Positions 1-10,193 are shown, counted from the stretch's first letter. The stretch: DNA of 55,635 nt from an uncultured Rhodothermales bacterium (GCA_964570345.1 CAZMXY010000006.1:1-55635); one strand, 5' to 3'. The notes: a model not told the origin generated them from the letters alone. Made by a program: numbers and translations.

Positions 1-385
<385 letters not shown>

Positions 386-408
386 CTTCGGGGTGGCTAC
401 AGAACGAG

Positions 409-439
409 AAAAGCCGGCCTTGACGGGCTCGGCTTTTTT
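409..439. terminator. Probable bidirectional rho-independent terminator between rnpB and secG
   Basis: AAAA-AGCCGGCC-ttgac-GGGCTCGGCT-TTTTT: an imperfect GC-rich stem flanked by an A-run on one side and a T-run on the other. It lies 8 nt from the secG stop (447). Confidence 0.55.
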
Positions 440-446
440 CGTATGC

Positions 447-842
447 CTACTGGCCGCCCTCCGGTGTGGTACCGGGCGACTGCTCCGTCGGTGGAGGCAC
501 CTGCTGCTGACCAGGCGTCTGCTCTTGTGGAAGCCCCTCCTGTCCTCCCGGCGGAAGCATCGGCTGCTGTTGCTGCTGCGAACGTTGTTGAATGACGCTC
601 TCCTGCACCTGAGCGCGGTCGATCGCGAAATTGCTCAAGATGCAGAGGACGATAAATAACGTCGCGAGCGTCCAGGTCGCCTTCTCCAACACGTCCGGCG
701 CCTGGCGAGCTCCGAGTATTTGCGTCGTCGCACCGCCGGAAGCGATACCGGCGAGACCGCCGCCCTTTCCGCTCTGCACGAGGACCACGAACGTGATCAA
801 AATCGCGATCAGCGTGATGAGGATGATGATAAACGTAAACAT
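447..842 (-). CDS. secG: Preprotein translocase subunit SecG, with an unusual Gln/Pro-rich C-terminal tail
   Basis: 131 aa, ATG at 842. An N-terminal TM helix is followed by the SecG signature LVQSGKGGGLAGIASGG and a second hydrophobic helix (TWTLATLFIVLCILSNF). The last ~45 aa are Q/P-rich. Confidence 0.85.
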   Translation of the reverse strand: MFTFIIILITLIAILITFVVLVQSGKGGGLAGIASGGATTQILGARQAPDVLEKATWTLATLFIVLCILSNFAIDRAQVQESVIQQRSQQQQQPMLPPGGQEGLPQEQTPGQQQVPPPTEQSPGTTPEGGQ

Positions 843-951
843 GGGACTTCCTTAGCGTTTCGGACAATCAAGTCAATTTACGAAAACCGGGCGGCGAAGA
901 TCAACGCGGCGAAGTCGCCACGCGGTTTTCGACGTCTCCCACCGGCCAAAT

Positions 952-1527
952 TCACCGCAGCTTCTTCGCTTCGACGTCGTCGTCGCGGGCTTCCATGTAG
1001 TCTCGCGCGCACGTCAGCGCCACGACCGTTTTCATGTCGACGACGTCACCGGATCGCACGATCTCCAATGCTTCTGCGAATCCCATCGGGACGACCTCCA
1101 TAAACTCACCGTCGCTGAGTGCGCGCGCTCCTTTCTCGAGGCTCTCCGCTAGAAAGACGTGAATCACCTCGTTGCTGTAACCGATGCAAGGATAGAACGT
1201 GCCCAGTGCGACGAATCGCTTCGCGCGCCATCCCGTCTCCTCCTCCAGCTCTCGTGCGGCGACGTCCTGCGGATTCTCGCCCGGCCGGTCGATCTTACCG
1301 GCGGGTACTTCCAAAAACGTCCGGCGCGGCGGATACCGAAATTGGCGGACGAGAAGCGTCGTACCGTTCTCGAAGAGAGGCACGACCGCGGAGGCGCCCG
1401 GATGGTCGATCCACTCTCGTATCGTCTCGCTGTGGTCCGGAAGCTCGACCCGATCCCGATATACCTTGAGGAGCTTCCCGTCGACGAGCCGTTCGGAATG
1501 AATCGTGATCTCTGTGAGATCTTTCAT
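952..1527 (-). CDS. NUDIX hydrolase, ADP-ribose pyrophosphatase-like
   Basis: 191 aa, ATG at 1527. Nudix box GKIDRPGENPQDVAARELEEETGW. The N-terminal beta-rich extension before the box resembles NudF-type enzymes. Confidence 0.85.
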   Translation of the reverse strand: MKDLTEITIHSERLVDGKLLKVYRDRVELPDHSETIREWIDHPGASAVVPLFENGTTLLVRQFRYPPRRTFLEVPAGKIDRPGENPQDVAARELEEETGWRAKRFVALGTFYPCIGYSNEVIHVFLAESLEKGARALSDGEFMEVVPMGFAEALEIVRSGDVVDMKTVVALTCARDYMEARDDDVEAKKLR

Positions 1528-1722
1528 GATTTCTGAATTTCGTCGTACGATCCGGTTGAAAACGGCGTCTCACGTAGATGCAACCGGCACGCTCGCTCCA
1601 ACGTCGTCCCAAGACGAGCCGGTGAACCCAACCGGTTCATTTTGTGGAACCCCGAAACGACGCCGACGACGCAAGGGTCCCGTCAGTCGTCCAAGATCGT
1701 GCGAAGCACGCGCACGTTGAGA

Positions 1723-2457
1723 TCAACGGTCGTAGGCGAGCATGACTGCCGCCGATGCGACGATCGCTGCCGTTTCCGCCCTGAGCCGGCGCGGCCCCAG
1801 GGAGACGGGTCGGTACCCCCGCTCGACGGCTTGCGTGATCTCGTCGTCCGTAAACCCCCCTTCCGGCCCGACGAGAACGCTTACGCTCTTAACCCGGCGT
1901 CCAGACGCGAGCACGTTGGCAAGGGCGGATTCCCCACGGGCTCCCTCGTGGCAGATCAGCTTGACGTCAAACGCATGATTCGCTCGATCCGCCCGTAGAA
2001 ATTCGCCGAAAAGGACCGGATCAGTCAGCCGAGGCAAGCGGGAGCGCCCGCACTGCTTCATGGCGGAAATAAGAACGTTCTCCGACCGCTGCTCACGAAC
2101 TCGCTCCCTCTCGGTGCGATGGGTCACGACCGGTGTAATCGTGGTTACCCCCAATTCCGCGGCTTTCTCCAGGAACGTCTCGAAGCGGCTTCGGTGCTTG
2201 ACGACGGCGACGGCCAACGTGAGATCGAAGGGCGGCTCGCCGATTCCTGATCTCCTCTCTACGACTCGCCCACCCGCGGTTCGCTTGTCGAGGTGATCGA
2301 GAACGATCCGGTACCATCCACCCACCCCGTCAACCGCGACGATCTCGTCGCCGGGCCTTTTTCGGAGCACTTTCGACGCATGGCGCGCCTCATCCTCCGG
2401 GAGGGTGACGCGGTCGCCGTGAACGTGGTCGCGCGGAATGTAAAAGTTTGTCGCCAA
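1723..2457 (-). CDS. rsmE: 16S rRNA (uracil1498-N3)-methyltransferase RsmE
   Basis: 244 aa. It has a PUA-like N-terminus (FYIPRDHVHGDRVTLPEDEARHASKVLR) and SPOUT knot motifs (LVGPEGGFTDDEI, SLGPRRLRAETAA). The start codon is TTG at 2457; there is no nearby in-frame ATG. Confidence 0.85.
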   Translation of the reverse strand: MATNFYIPRDHVHGDRVTLPEDEARHASKVLRKRPGDEIVAVDGVGGWYRIVLDHLDKRTAGGRVVERRSGIGEPPFDLTLAVAVVKHRSRFETFLEKAAELGVTTITPVVTHRTERERVREQRSENVLISAMKQCGRSRLPRLTDPVLFGEFLRADRANHAFDVKLICHEGARGESALANVLASGRRVKSVSVLVGPEGGFTDDEITQAVERGYRPVSLGPRRLRAETAAIVASAAVMLAYDR

Positions 2458-2475
2458 GCGTAGATACGGCCGTCT

Positions 2476-4215
2476 TCAGAGCCCGAAGGACAATCCGGCG
2501 TGAATTCGCGCCTCCGTCGGACCGCTGTCGGGATTGAGCGCCGCACTGACGTTGATCAGACCGAGCGCGCTGCGAAACTGAATTCCGACCCCATATCCTG
2601 GACGAACGGCGCGGCTCGGCGCCAGGTCCGGCGCCTCCGGGCGGTCGACGTAACCGAGGTCAAAGAAAAGATAGGCGAATGCGTCTCGATCGATCAGCAG
2701 GCGGTATTCCGCCAGTGCCCGCGCGACGATCCGACCCAGGAACTGATCCTCGTCGTAGCCTCGAAGGCTCGTCGCCCCACCGAAGCGAAAAAGGTCGCTC
2801 CGGTCGTACGTATCGCTCAAAAGAAGGCCCCCTTCCCCACCGACGACGAGTACTTGCCGCGAGAACGTCGGCACGTATAGACGTCCGGATGCTTGCAGGC
2901 GCCGCTGATCCATCAGGTGGACGATACTCGACGTATCGCTACCCACGACGCGGCGATCGATGAATTCCTTCCTTCCGCTCTCGAGGTTTGTCTCGACAAA
3001 GTATCCCCTCGTCGGATTGACGTGCCGATCCACGTTCTCCATCCGAACGCCCAGACCGAGAAACCATGCGTCCGAACGCGAAATGACCTGCCTTCCGCTC
3101 TCAGACAACCGCAGACCCGCCTGTCCGGGCCGTGTGACCTCGCGACTGAATCCGACGAAGGCGCTCAGTCCCCGTTCGAATCGATACGCGATCTCGCCGC
3201 GATACGACTGCTTTCCATAAGTCGAGTCCTGTTCGAGTCCTTGGAACCGTCCCTCGAGACCAAGCGGCATCCTGAATAGAAACGGGTCGGAGGCCCGAAC
3301 ATCGACGCTGCTTACCTGGTTCGGCAACCTATTCAGTCGGATCGATATGCGCCTTCCGCCACCTACGACGTTGCGTAGTTCGAGGCGACCGTTGCCGACG
3401 AGGCTTCCGGCGTCGCCCGGCGCTTGCGGGGGCAGGTAACCGATGACGAGATCGAAGTTACCCGGGGCGGCCTCGACGAGCGGTATCATCAGCACGGCCG
3501 CCGAATCGGGTTCGATCACGAGCTCCGGAGGGCCAACCGTTTCGAAAAGTCCGGTTTCCTCGAGGCGACGCCGTATCAGCTCGGGTTCATAGCGGCCCAA
3601 TACGCCGCCGACGTCGTATCCGACGAGTCGCGAAACGAATGACGCGCTGGTCCGGTCGGCCCCCGGCAGCTCGATCCGCTCCAGACGAACCTGCGGGCCT
3701 TGCTTGATCCGTAAGGTTAGACTGATGGATCCGTCTTCCATCGAGCCGATCTCTTCGATCGAGACCTCGGCGAGAGCGTATCCACGCGTGTCGAAGCTCG
3801 TCAAGATCCGCCGCAAGTCGTCTTCGAGAACGGACGGTTCGAGAATGCGACCTATGCGCGTGTCCATCTCGAGACGCATCGCATCCGCCTCTCTTGAGTC
3901 GATGCCCTCGATGGCGATGCGCCCGACACGAATGAGCGGCCCGCTCGAGACGAACAACTCCCCATCGACCATCGAATCGACGGCGGCAAAATAGCGGCCG
4001 CGTGCTCGAAGCGAATCGACGAGCGCCTCCGCATCGGTCTGCACGTTCTCCGGCCTGCCGGCCCGTACCACGGCTTCCGGTTCACCATCGACGAAGACCC
4101 GGATGAGGCTCGTATCGCGCTCGGCCGCATGCTGAGCCTCGGCCCGCATCGGTCCACCGCACGCGGCGGCGGCGGCGGCGATCAGGCAGAGTCGATGAAA
4201 AATGATCGGACGCAT
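2476..4215 (-). CDS. Omp85/BamA-family outer-membrane protein (POTRA repeats plus surface-antigen barrel)
   Basis: The 881-aa ORF in the track is over-extended. The ATG at 4215 is followed by a signal peptide (MRPIIFHRLCLIAAAAAACGG) and gives 579 aa. POTRA-like repeats precede a D15/Omp85-type barrel rich in alternating aromatic strands, ending ...IHAGLSFGL. Confidence 0.8.
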   Translation of the reverse strand: MRPIIFHRLCLIAAAAAACGGPMRAEAQHAAERDTSLIRVFVDGEPEAVVRAGRPENVQTDAEALVDSLRARGRYFAAVDSMVDGELFVSSGPLIRVGRIAIEGIDSREADAMRLEMDTRIGRILEPSVLEDDLRRILTSFDTRGYALAEVSIEEIGSMEDGSISLTLRIKQGPQVRLERIELPGADRTSASFVSRLVGYDVGGVLGRYEPELIRRRLEETGLFETVGPPELVIEPDSAAVLMIPLVEAAPGNFDLVIGYLPPQAPGDAGSLVGNGRLELRNVVGGGRRISIRLNRLPNQVSSVDVRASDPFLFRMPLGLEGRFQGLEQDSTYGKQSYRGEIAYRFERGLSAFVGFSREVTRPGQAGLRLSESGRQVISRSDAWFLGLGVRMENVDRHVNPTRGYFVETNLESGRKEFIDRRVVGSDTSSIVHLMDQRRLQASGRLYVPTFSRQVLVVGGEGGLLLSDTYDRSDLFRFGGATSLRGYDEDQFLGRIVARALAEYRLLIDRDAFAYLFFDLGYVDRPEAPDLAPSRAVRPGYGVGIQFRSALGLINVSAALNPDSGPTEARIHAGLSFGL

Positions 4216-4248
4216 GCTTAGACGGCCGCGTTTGATATATTGCAGGCC

Positions 4249-4689
4249 ATGAGCCGACGGAAAAAAGTAGTCGTAGCAATGGGCGCGATGATGGTCGCCG
4301 CGTCGACCTGGAATCCGCCTCCATTCCTCGAGGACGCACCGCAGCAAACTACGAGCGATGCTTCGGCTCGTTCCGCTGCAGTCGCCGCGGTTCGGCCGGT
4401 TTCGTCGCCTGGCGTCGCCCGCGGCGTGAGCGATGGTGCGGAACAGGACACGCTCCGACGTCGAATCCTCGCGGGCGATATTTTGATCGTTGCGCTTCCC
4501 GGTGAAGTTGATGGCGAGTCCGTCGATCGATACTCGCTCGTGCGCGGACCGGCCCTGAGTTGGTTGATCGACCGCTCGCTCATGTGGCGGACGACGCCGG
4601 GCGATACGGGTGGACACGACGTGCTGATCCGCGTCGACCTTGAATCTTCGCCGGCCGACACCCTCGTAGTCTCCGTTCACGTCGAATAG
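4249..4689 (+). CDS. Hypothetical secreted protein (beta-rich C-terminal domain)
   Basis: The ORF 4240..4689 begins with TTG. The ATG at 4249 gives MSRRKKVVVAMGAMMVAAS, a signal-like N-terminus. The C-terminal half (ILIVALPGEVDGESVDRYSLVRGPALSWLIDRSLMWRTTPGDTGGHDVLIRVDL...VVSVHV) looks like a genuine Ig/cadherin-like beta domain. The opposite-strand ORFs here are Ser/Arg junk. No family recognised. Confidence 0.5.
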   Translation: MSRRKKVVVAMGAMMVAASTWNPPPFLEDAPQQTTSDASARSAAVAAVRPVSSPGVARGVSDGAEQDTLRRRILAGDILIVALPGEVDGESVDRYSLVRGPALSWLIDRSLMWRTTPGDTGGHDVLIRVDLESSPADTLVVSVHVE

Positions 4690-4701
4690 TCCTTCGCGAT
4701 C

Positions 4702-5817
4702 GTGCAGATCGAAGTCACCGACGTACTTCGTAAGATTTTTCGGTCGGCGCTGGCGGACTGGTATGTGTCCGCGCAGCGCGATCTCCCGTGGAGGAAAACG
4801 GACGATCCTTACCGCATCTGGCTGTCGGAAGTGATGTTGCAGCAAACACGCGTCGACCAGGCTACGCCGTATTACCGCCGGTTCGTCGAACGTTTTCCTA
4901 CGGTGCGCGACCTCGCAGACGCGGATTTGGATGACGTACTCCTCTCCTGGGAGGGCCTCGGATATTATTCTCGCGCGCGCAATCTGCACCGCGCCGCCCG
5001 AAAAGTCGTTGACGACTTCGCCGGCGAGATCCCCAGCACGTTCGACGACATTCGCACGCTTCCGGGCGTCGGGCCGTACACCGCCGCCGCCGTCCTCTCC
5101 ATCGCGTTCGAGCGCCCGCACGCCGTCCTCGACGGCAACGTAATCCGCGTACTTTCGCGCGTGTTCGCCGTAGAGACGGACGTCAGAAGAGCCGCGTCAA
5201 AACGCATGCTGCAGCAGGCGGCGGACGCCCTGATGGACCCGGCGAGCCCCGGGGAATTCAATCAAGCCATGATGGAATTGGGCGCGCGCATCTGCACGCC
5301 GCGGTCTCCCTCGTGTACGAAGTGCCCCGTGTCTCTAGCGTGCAAGGCGTTCGGGTCCGGGAGGCCGGAGGCGTACCCGAAGTCGGCTTCGCGCCCCTCG
5401 ATACCTCACCACGACGTCGTCGTGGCGATCATCTACGACGATATCGGCCGCGTGCTCATACAGCGCCGGCCCGATGAAGCCATGTTAGGCGGGCTTTGGG
5501 AGTTTCCCGGAGGAAAGCGCCGCGAAGGAGAGACGCTGCGGCAGTGCTGCACTCGAGAGCTACGAGAAGAGCTGGGGATCGACGTCGACGTTGAAACGTT
5601 CTTCTGCGAACTATCTCACGCCTACAGCCATTTTCGTATCACGCTATACGCGTTTCGCTGTTCGATCGCACGCGGACGGCCAAGATCTGTGACGGGCGAG
5701 CCCATTGAATGGATCCGTCCGGAGTCGTTGGATGCCTATCCCTTCCCGCGGGCGAGTCGGCGCCTCATCGAGGAGATGGCGCGCTCGAGGCGCGTACTGC
5801 GACTCTTTGATGCGTGA
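4702..5817 (+). CDS. mutY: A/G-specific adenine DNA glycosylase MutY
   Basis: HhH-GPD motifs are present: LPWRKTDDPYRIWLSEVMLQQTRV, GLGYYSRARNL, LPGVGPYTAAAV. There is a 4Fe-4S cluster loop C-x6-C-x2-C-x5-C (CTPRSPSCTKCPVSLAC) and a C-terminal MutT-like domain (GGLWEFPGGKRREGETL). GTG start at 4702. Confidence 0.9.
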   Translation: MQIEVTDVLRKIFRSALADWYVSAQRDLPWRKTDDPYRIWLSEVMLQQTRVDQATPYYRRFVERFPTVRDLADADLDDVLLSWEGLGYYSRARNLHRAARKVVDDFAGEIPSTFDDIRTLPGVGPYTAAAVLSIAFERPHAVLDGNVIRVLSRVFAVETDVRRAASKRMLQQAADALMDPASPGEFNQAMMELGARICTPRSPSCTKCPVSLACKAFGSGRPEAYPKSASRPSIPHHDVVVAIIYDDIGRVLIQRRPDEAMLGGLWEFPGGKRREGETLRQCCTRELREELGIDVDVETFFCELSHAYSHFRITLYAFRCSIARGRPRSVTGEPIEWIRPESLDAYPFPRASRRLIEEMARSRRVLRLFDA

Positions 5818-5944
5818 GCCCGCGAAGACGAGGTCGCGAAAACGCGTCGGCGTGCACGACGATGAGTTTGGAGCCGAATTTGCGAGCCCTTGAAGGTCTG
5901 GCGTTCTTTCCGATCGCCCCTCGTTCCAACGATCTCGTTGCCGA

Positions 5945-8263
5945 ATGCGCATCCCGTTAAGCGTCCTCTTACTGTCCTCTTTAGTCTACGCCGCGACACC
6001 CGTCGAAGCGCAGGATCGGCAGGAGAATGCACGGCGCATACTCGGTGACGTGCGGGAAACGCAGCGTGCCACGTCGGATTCGGCTCGCGAATGGGCCCGA
6101 GAAAGGGAGCTGCCGACGCGGATCCGCCAGTCGGATGGACGGCTGATCGAGCTCGTGGCACTCGACCGTGGCCGACCCGTCTATTTTACGACCACCAACC
6201 AGACGGCCGCTGACGTCACCGGGACGCGCCATCTCTACCCGGGCGAGCGAATGAATCTCGGCCTCACGGGGGCGGGCCTCCAGATCGGCATATGGGATGA
6301 AGGACACGCACTCGGCCGCCACTCCGAGCTCGCCGGCCGCGTCTCGTACGGTGACGAGGCCGAGGAGTCACATCATGCAACGCACGTAGCGGGTACGCTG
6401 TCGGCAACCGGGCTCGATGCCGAGGCTCGCGGAATGGCCTATGAGGGCCTCGTCAGATCGTACGACTGGAAGAACGACGCCACGGAGATGACGAACGAGG
6501 CCGCCGGGGGACTTCTCGTCTCGAATCACTCGTACAGCACCATTGCAGGGTGGCACTTCGGCGACGTCGAAGGCAACGGCGACGGATGGTATTGGATGGG
6601 CGACCCATCCGTTTCGGCGGTTGAGGACGTCGCGTTCGGCTGGTATGACGTGCAGGCGGTTCAGTACGACCGCGTGACTTACACCAATCCATACTATCTG
6701 CCCGTCGTCGCCGCGGGGAATGACCGGATCGACCGTGGGCCCGTCTCCGGTACGTATCGAGCCCTTGACCCATACGGTACGTATCAGACCTACGACGTTT
6801 CTCAACGGCGGATACCTGCCGACGGAGGCAGTGACGGCTACGATACCATCACCGGCGGGGGGCTCTCGAAAAACGTGTTGACCGTCGGCTCCATCGGTTC
6901 TTCGGGCTTCGGCGAGGCGGCCCGCATGAGCTCTTTCAGCAGCTTCGGACCGACGGACGACGGCCGAATCAAGCCCGATCTCGTCGGCCTGGGCGAGAAC
7001 CTCTATTCACTTTCGGCCGAAGGAACGGCAACGTATGCTCGATCCAGCGGAACGTCGATGGCCACTCCCAACGTGGCCGGTTCGCTGCTGCTCCTACAGC
7101 AGCAGTACCTCGAAGCGTTCGGCGATTTCATGCTCTCCGCCTCGTTGAAGGGCCTCGTACTGCATACGGCAACAGACCTCGGCCGTCCGGGCCCGGACTA
7201 CCAGAGCGGTTGGGGCCTGTTAAACGCGGAAGCCGCGTCGCAGCAGATCATCGAATCGATGACGAATCCGATCGGCCTGCTGGAGGAAGTGCTGGACGAC
7301 GGTGATACGTTTGGGCGGACGTTTAGCGTGCCGAATCACGGTCCGCTGCGAATTACGCTGAGTTGGACGGACCACCCCAGCGTTCGCCGACCGCTCGTGG
7401 GATCGTCCTCGCTCAACGATCCGACACCCCATCTGCGAAACGACCTCGACGTGCGCCTGATCCGCAATGCGACCGGCGACGTCTATTTTCCATACACGCT
7501 CGATCCGTCCAGAATCCTGCAGGACGCCAGGCCGGGTGACAACGTCGTCGATCCCGTCGAACAAATATTCATAGCCGACGCCGACACGGGATCGTACACG
7601 CTGACGGTCACACACAAAGGGGAGCTCTATGGAGGCTATGCTCAGTGGTTCTCGTTGATCGTCTCGGGGGCAGTCGACGACAGCGCCCCCGTCGGCGTGT
7701 CGCATCTCAATGCAGAGATCTCGCTCGAAGGCATTCGCCTCCACTGGAAGACGCTTTTCGAACGAGCGCAGGGCTCATTCGTGATCGAGAGAGCATCGAA
7801 GGCACCTTCGTCGAGCAAGAGCGTCTCCGACGACGATTTCATTGCCGTCGGCGAGATTGCCTCCGCGCGAGACGATGGGAGAGAGTACGAATTCACGGAC
7901 CCCCATTCCGTCTCCGGCCGATACGTATACCGTCTCGTCTTCGTCTCCGGGGGGCGAGACTACGTGGCGGCACGGACGGAGATCAACCTTCCTCCACCGG
8001 ATACGTATGCCATTCTGACGAATTACCCGAATCCGTTCCACGACCGAACGACGGTCGAAGTCGACCTTCCGAAAATGCAGCACGTTCGAATCGAGGTGTA
8101 CGACGTCCTTGGGCGCCGCGTCGTGCAGCTGCATGACGGCACGCTGCCGGCTGGCCGCCACCGCCTCGCCGTCGATGCTGCATCCTGGCCGGCGGGCGTG
8201 TATTTTGCACGCGTCGACACTCCGAACGGCGTGGCCACGCATCGCATGGTGCTGGCGCGCTAG
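5945..8263 (+). CDS. Secreted subtilisin-family (S8) serine protease with T9SS C-terminal sorting domain
   Basis: Signal peptide MRIPLSVLLLSSLVYAATPVEAQ. Catalytic motifs: IGIWDEGH (Asp), HATHVAGT (His), GTSMATPNVAGS (Ser). The last ~80 aa fit the Por secretion-tail pattern (YPNPFHDRTTVEVDL...IEVYDVLGRRV...AGVYFARV). Confidence 0.9.
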   Translation: MRIPLSVLLLSSLVYAATPVEAQDRQENARRILGDVRETQRATSDSAREWARERELPTRIRQSDGRLIELVALDRGRPVYFTTTNQTAADVTGTRHLYPGERMNLGLTGAGLQIGIWDEGHALGRHSELAGRVSYGDEAEESHHATHVAGTLSATGLDAEARGMAYEGLVRSYDWKNDATEMTNEAAGGLLVSNHSYSTIAGWHFGDVEGNGDGWYWMGDPSVSAVEDVAFGWYDVQAVQYDRVTYTNPYYLPVVAAGNDRIDRGPVSGTYRALDPYGTYQTYDVSQRRIPADGGSDGYDTITGGGLSKNVLTVGSIGSSGFGEAARMSSFSSFGPTDDGRIKPDLVGLGENLYSLSAEGTATYARSSGTSMATPNVAGSLLLLQQQYLEAFGDFMLSASLKGLVLHTATDLGRPGPDYQSGWGLLNAEAASQQIIESMTNPIGLLEEVLDDGDTFGRTFSVPNHGPLRITLSWTDHPSVRRPLVGSSSLNDPTPHLRNDLDVRLIRNATGDVYFPYTLDPSRILQDARPGDNVVDPVEQIFIADADTGSYTLTVTHKGELYGGYAQWFSLIVSGAVDDSAPVGVSHLNAEISLEGIRLHWKTLFERAQGSFVIERASKAPSSSKSVSDDDFIAVGEIASARDDGREYEFTDPHSVSGRYVYRLVFVSGGRDYVAARTEINLPPPDTYAILTNYPNPFHDRTTVEVDLPKMQHVRIEVYDVLGRRVVQLHDGTLPAGRHRLAVDAASWPAGVYFARVDTPNGVATHRMVLAR

Positions 8264-8294
8264 ATCGCACTTATCGATACGTTACCAGCCAATC

Positions 8295-9008
8295 ATGAAC
8301 ATCGACGGTGAATTTTTCTGGGTCGTTTTGCTCGTCTTGTACCTGATTTTTCAGGTCCTGAGCGGACGAAAAAAGAAGAAAACGCAGCAGCGCCGTCCGG
8401 AGGCCGCGGATCGACGCCGTTCGGATGCACCGCCACGACGCCGACCGCAGACCGCCGCCGAATCGCCCGGACGCGGAACGGAACTGGACGAAGCGCTGCA
8501 AGAGATCCGTCGAGCACTCGGATTCCCCGACGAACGCGATCAGGGCGAGACGCGGGACGCAGAGGTGCCAACGAGGCACGATCGCGAAGACGAGGAACAG
8601 CGAGAAGCGGTCTTCCGCACGGCGGAAAAGCCCGTCGTGGAGGGCCGGTACGAATCCGGGATCGACACGACGACCGTGCGGGAACGCCCGCGTCCTAAGA
8701 CGACACGACCGCTTCCGAAGCCCGCCACGACGCCGTCACGGTTACCCGAACGACCGGCGCCCAAATCTCCACCGACGTTCGCGCGCGGCGACGTTCCGGG
8801 TGCCGTCCTTGAGTCGCGCATCGCAAAGAAGAGCATCGTCGACCGGCGTGGAGAGCGTTTACCGCGTGAGATAGGCCAATCGTCTCTCGGGCGCTCCGTC
8901 AGGGAAAGCGCGCTAAAAGCACGTCTTCGCCATCCCCAGTCGCTTCGGGAGGCCATTCTGTTGAAAGAAATCCTCGACCCCCCGATATCACTGCGGCCGA
9001 GGCGGTGA
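8295..9008 (+). CDS. Hypothetical membrane-anchored, highly charged Arg/Pro/Glu-rich protein
   Basis: The track ORF 8109..9008 overlaps the protease. The ATG at 8295 gives a single N-terminal TM helix (FFWVVLLVLYLIFQVL), then a KKKK stop-transfer and ~200 aa of low-complexity charged sequence. No recognisable domain; the coding status rests on the TM start and the lack of alternatives. Confidence 0.55.
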   Translation: MNIDGEFFWVVLLVLYLIFQVLSGRKKKKTQQRRPEAADRRRSDAPPRRRPQTAAESPGRGTELDEALQEIRRALGFPDERDQGETRDAEVPTRHDREDEEQREAVFRTAEKPVVEGRYESGIDTTTVRERPRPKTTRPLPKPATTPSRLPERPAPKSPPTFARGDVPGAVLESRIAKKSIVDRRGERLPREIGQSSLGRSVRESALKARLRHPQSLREAILLKEILDPPISLRPRR

Positions 9009-9067
9009 CGAGCGTCGGTGACGAGCCTATGAAGATGCCCGTATACTTCGGCCGTCGACGCATCGCC

Positions 9068-9556
9068 TCAGGATTCGGCCGTTTCGTCGAAGAAGTCGCC
9101 CCCTCGCTTGAACGTGCTCGCGCCGATCGCGCCGCCGATCGCGCCGAGAATCGAGTAGATCACGAGGGCGACGAGGACGATACCGACGATAAAAAAGGGC
9201 GATTCTACCATGTTCATGATCTGCTCGACCTGAGCGGGATCCATTCCCGAGGTGTCCAGCTGATCGGCGATGATCTGTTCAAGAGACGGACGGAGGTCGG
9301 TCGCCATCAAGAGTAACTGAATGGCGCTCGCCGCTACCATCGCGACGATGCCGGCAAGCGCACCGATTCCGGCTCCCTGGCCGCCCTTGAGCGTCAGCTG
9401 ATGGCGGTCGGTGTAGTGCCAGACCGCCAGCAGCCCCGCACCGACGTACGCGATGCACGCAAGGCAGCTACCAACGAAGGGAATGAGGCCCAAAATGGAT
9501 GCCGCAACGCCGATGGCGATGCCGGCCAACAAGATCGACTGGAATTTGTCGGGCAT
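9068..9556 (-). CDS. Multi-pass membrane protein, family not identified
   Basis: 162 aa, ATG at 9556. Four Gly/Ala-rich hydrophobic helices surround a soluble loop (DLRPSLEQIIADQLDTSGMDPAQVEQIMNMV). Confidence 0.7.
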   Translation of the reverse strand: MPDKFQSILLAGIAIGVAASILGLIPFVGSCLACIAYVGAGLLAVWHYTDRHQLTLKGGQGAGIGALAGIVAMVAASAIQLLLMATDLRPSLEQIIADQLDTSGMDPAQVEQIMNMVESPFFIVGIVLVALVIYSILGAIGGAIGASTFKRGGDFFDETAES

Positions 9557-9632
9557 GAGTGACCGTTCGACTTGGTGCGAAGTCTTGCGTCGCGAATGGG
9601 TGGACTCGCCTTCGACATTGCGCGCCGTGACG

Positions 9633-10193
9633 TCAATCCGAATACGAATCTGGCGGAAGATATCGATCCGGTCCGCTTTTTACTACCGCCTCGGATTCCA
9701 ACGAGGCCGCCGAACGTATGGCGCCGGCCTCGCCCTCGTCGAGAAGTCCGGATAGCGCTCGGCTGAGGAAATAGCCGGCAACCAGGCCGAAGACCGCGCC
9801 CGTCGCAAGCCGGCTAATGGCCGTGTTCGACCAGAGGCCCAGTACGTCACCCAGCCAATCGATGCCGGGCACGGCTACGGCGGCGCCGAGGAGAACCGGT
9901 GCCGGCCCGTTCAGCCGTTCGTCCCACCGTCGCGCGAACGGAAAGGCCAGAGCGGCAATCGGAAGGGCGAGATAGATACCGTAGCATCGGTGGCAGACGG
10001 CGAGCTGCACGTCGTGCAGATGCGGTGATCTTTCGGCGATCTGGTGGCAGACGCCGGAAAAGGCGAACATGACGATCCCTCGCAATTCCGTCCCCAGAAA
10101 GGGTGGCAGCGTGGCGACAATGAAGAGCACGAAGCTGCCTGCGAACGCGAGACTCCATCCCCGGCACGTGCGACTCGTCATCCTAAGCGTCAT
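9633..10193 (-). CDS. DUF2085-type membrane protein
   Basis: 186 aa with several TM helices. Paired Cys motifs GVCHQIAERS and AVCHRCYGIYL (CHQ ... CxRC) are characteristic of DUF2085. Confidence 0.7.
   Translation of the reverse strand: MTLRMTSRTCRGWSLAFAGSFVLFIVATLPPFLGTELRGIVMFAFSGVCHQIAERSPHLHDVQLAVCHRCYGIYLALPIAALAFPFARRWDERLNGPAPVLLGAAVAVPGIDWLGDVLGLWSNTAISRLATGAVFGLVAGYFLSRALSGLLDEGEAGAIRSAASLESEAVVKSGPDRYLPPDSYSD

Noticed and set aside
4216-5121. N-terminal ~300 codons of the 881-aa minus-strand ORF (2476..5121)
   Set aside because: This part is Arg/His/Asp-rich with no domain character and runs antisense to mutY and the 4249..4689 ORF. A proper signal peptide follows the internal ATG at 4215, so the Omp85 gene starts there.
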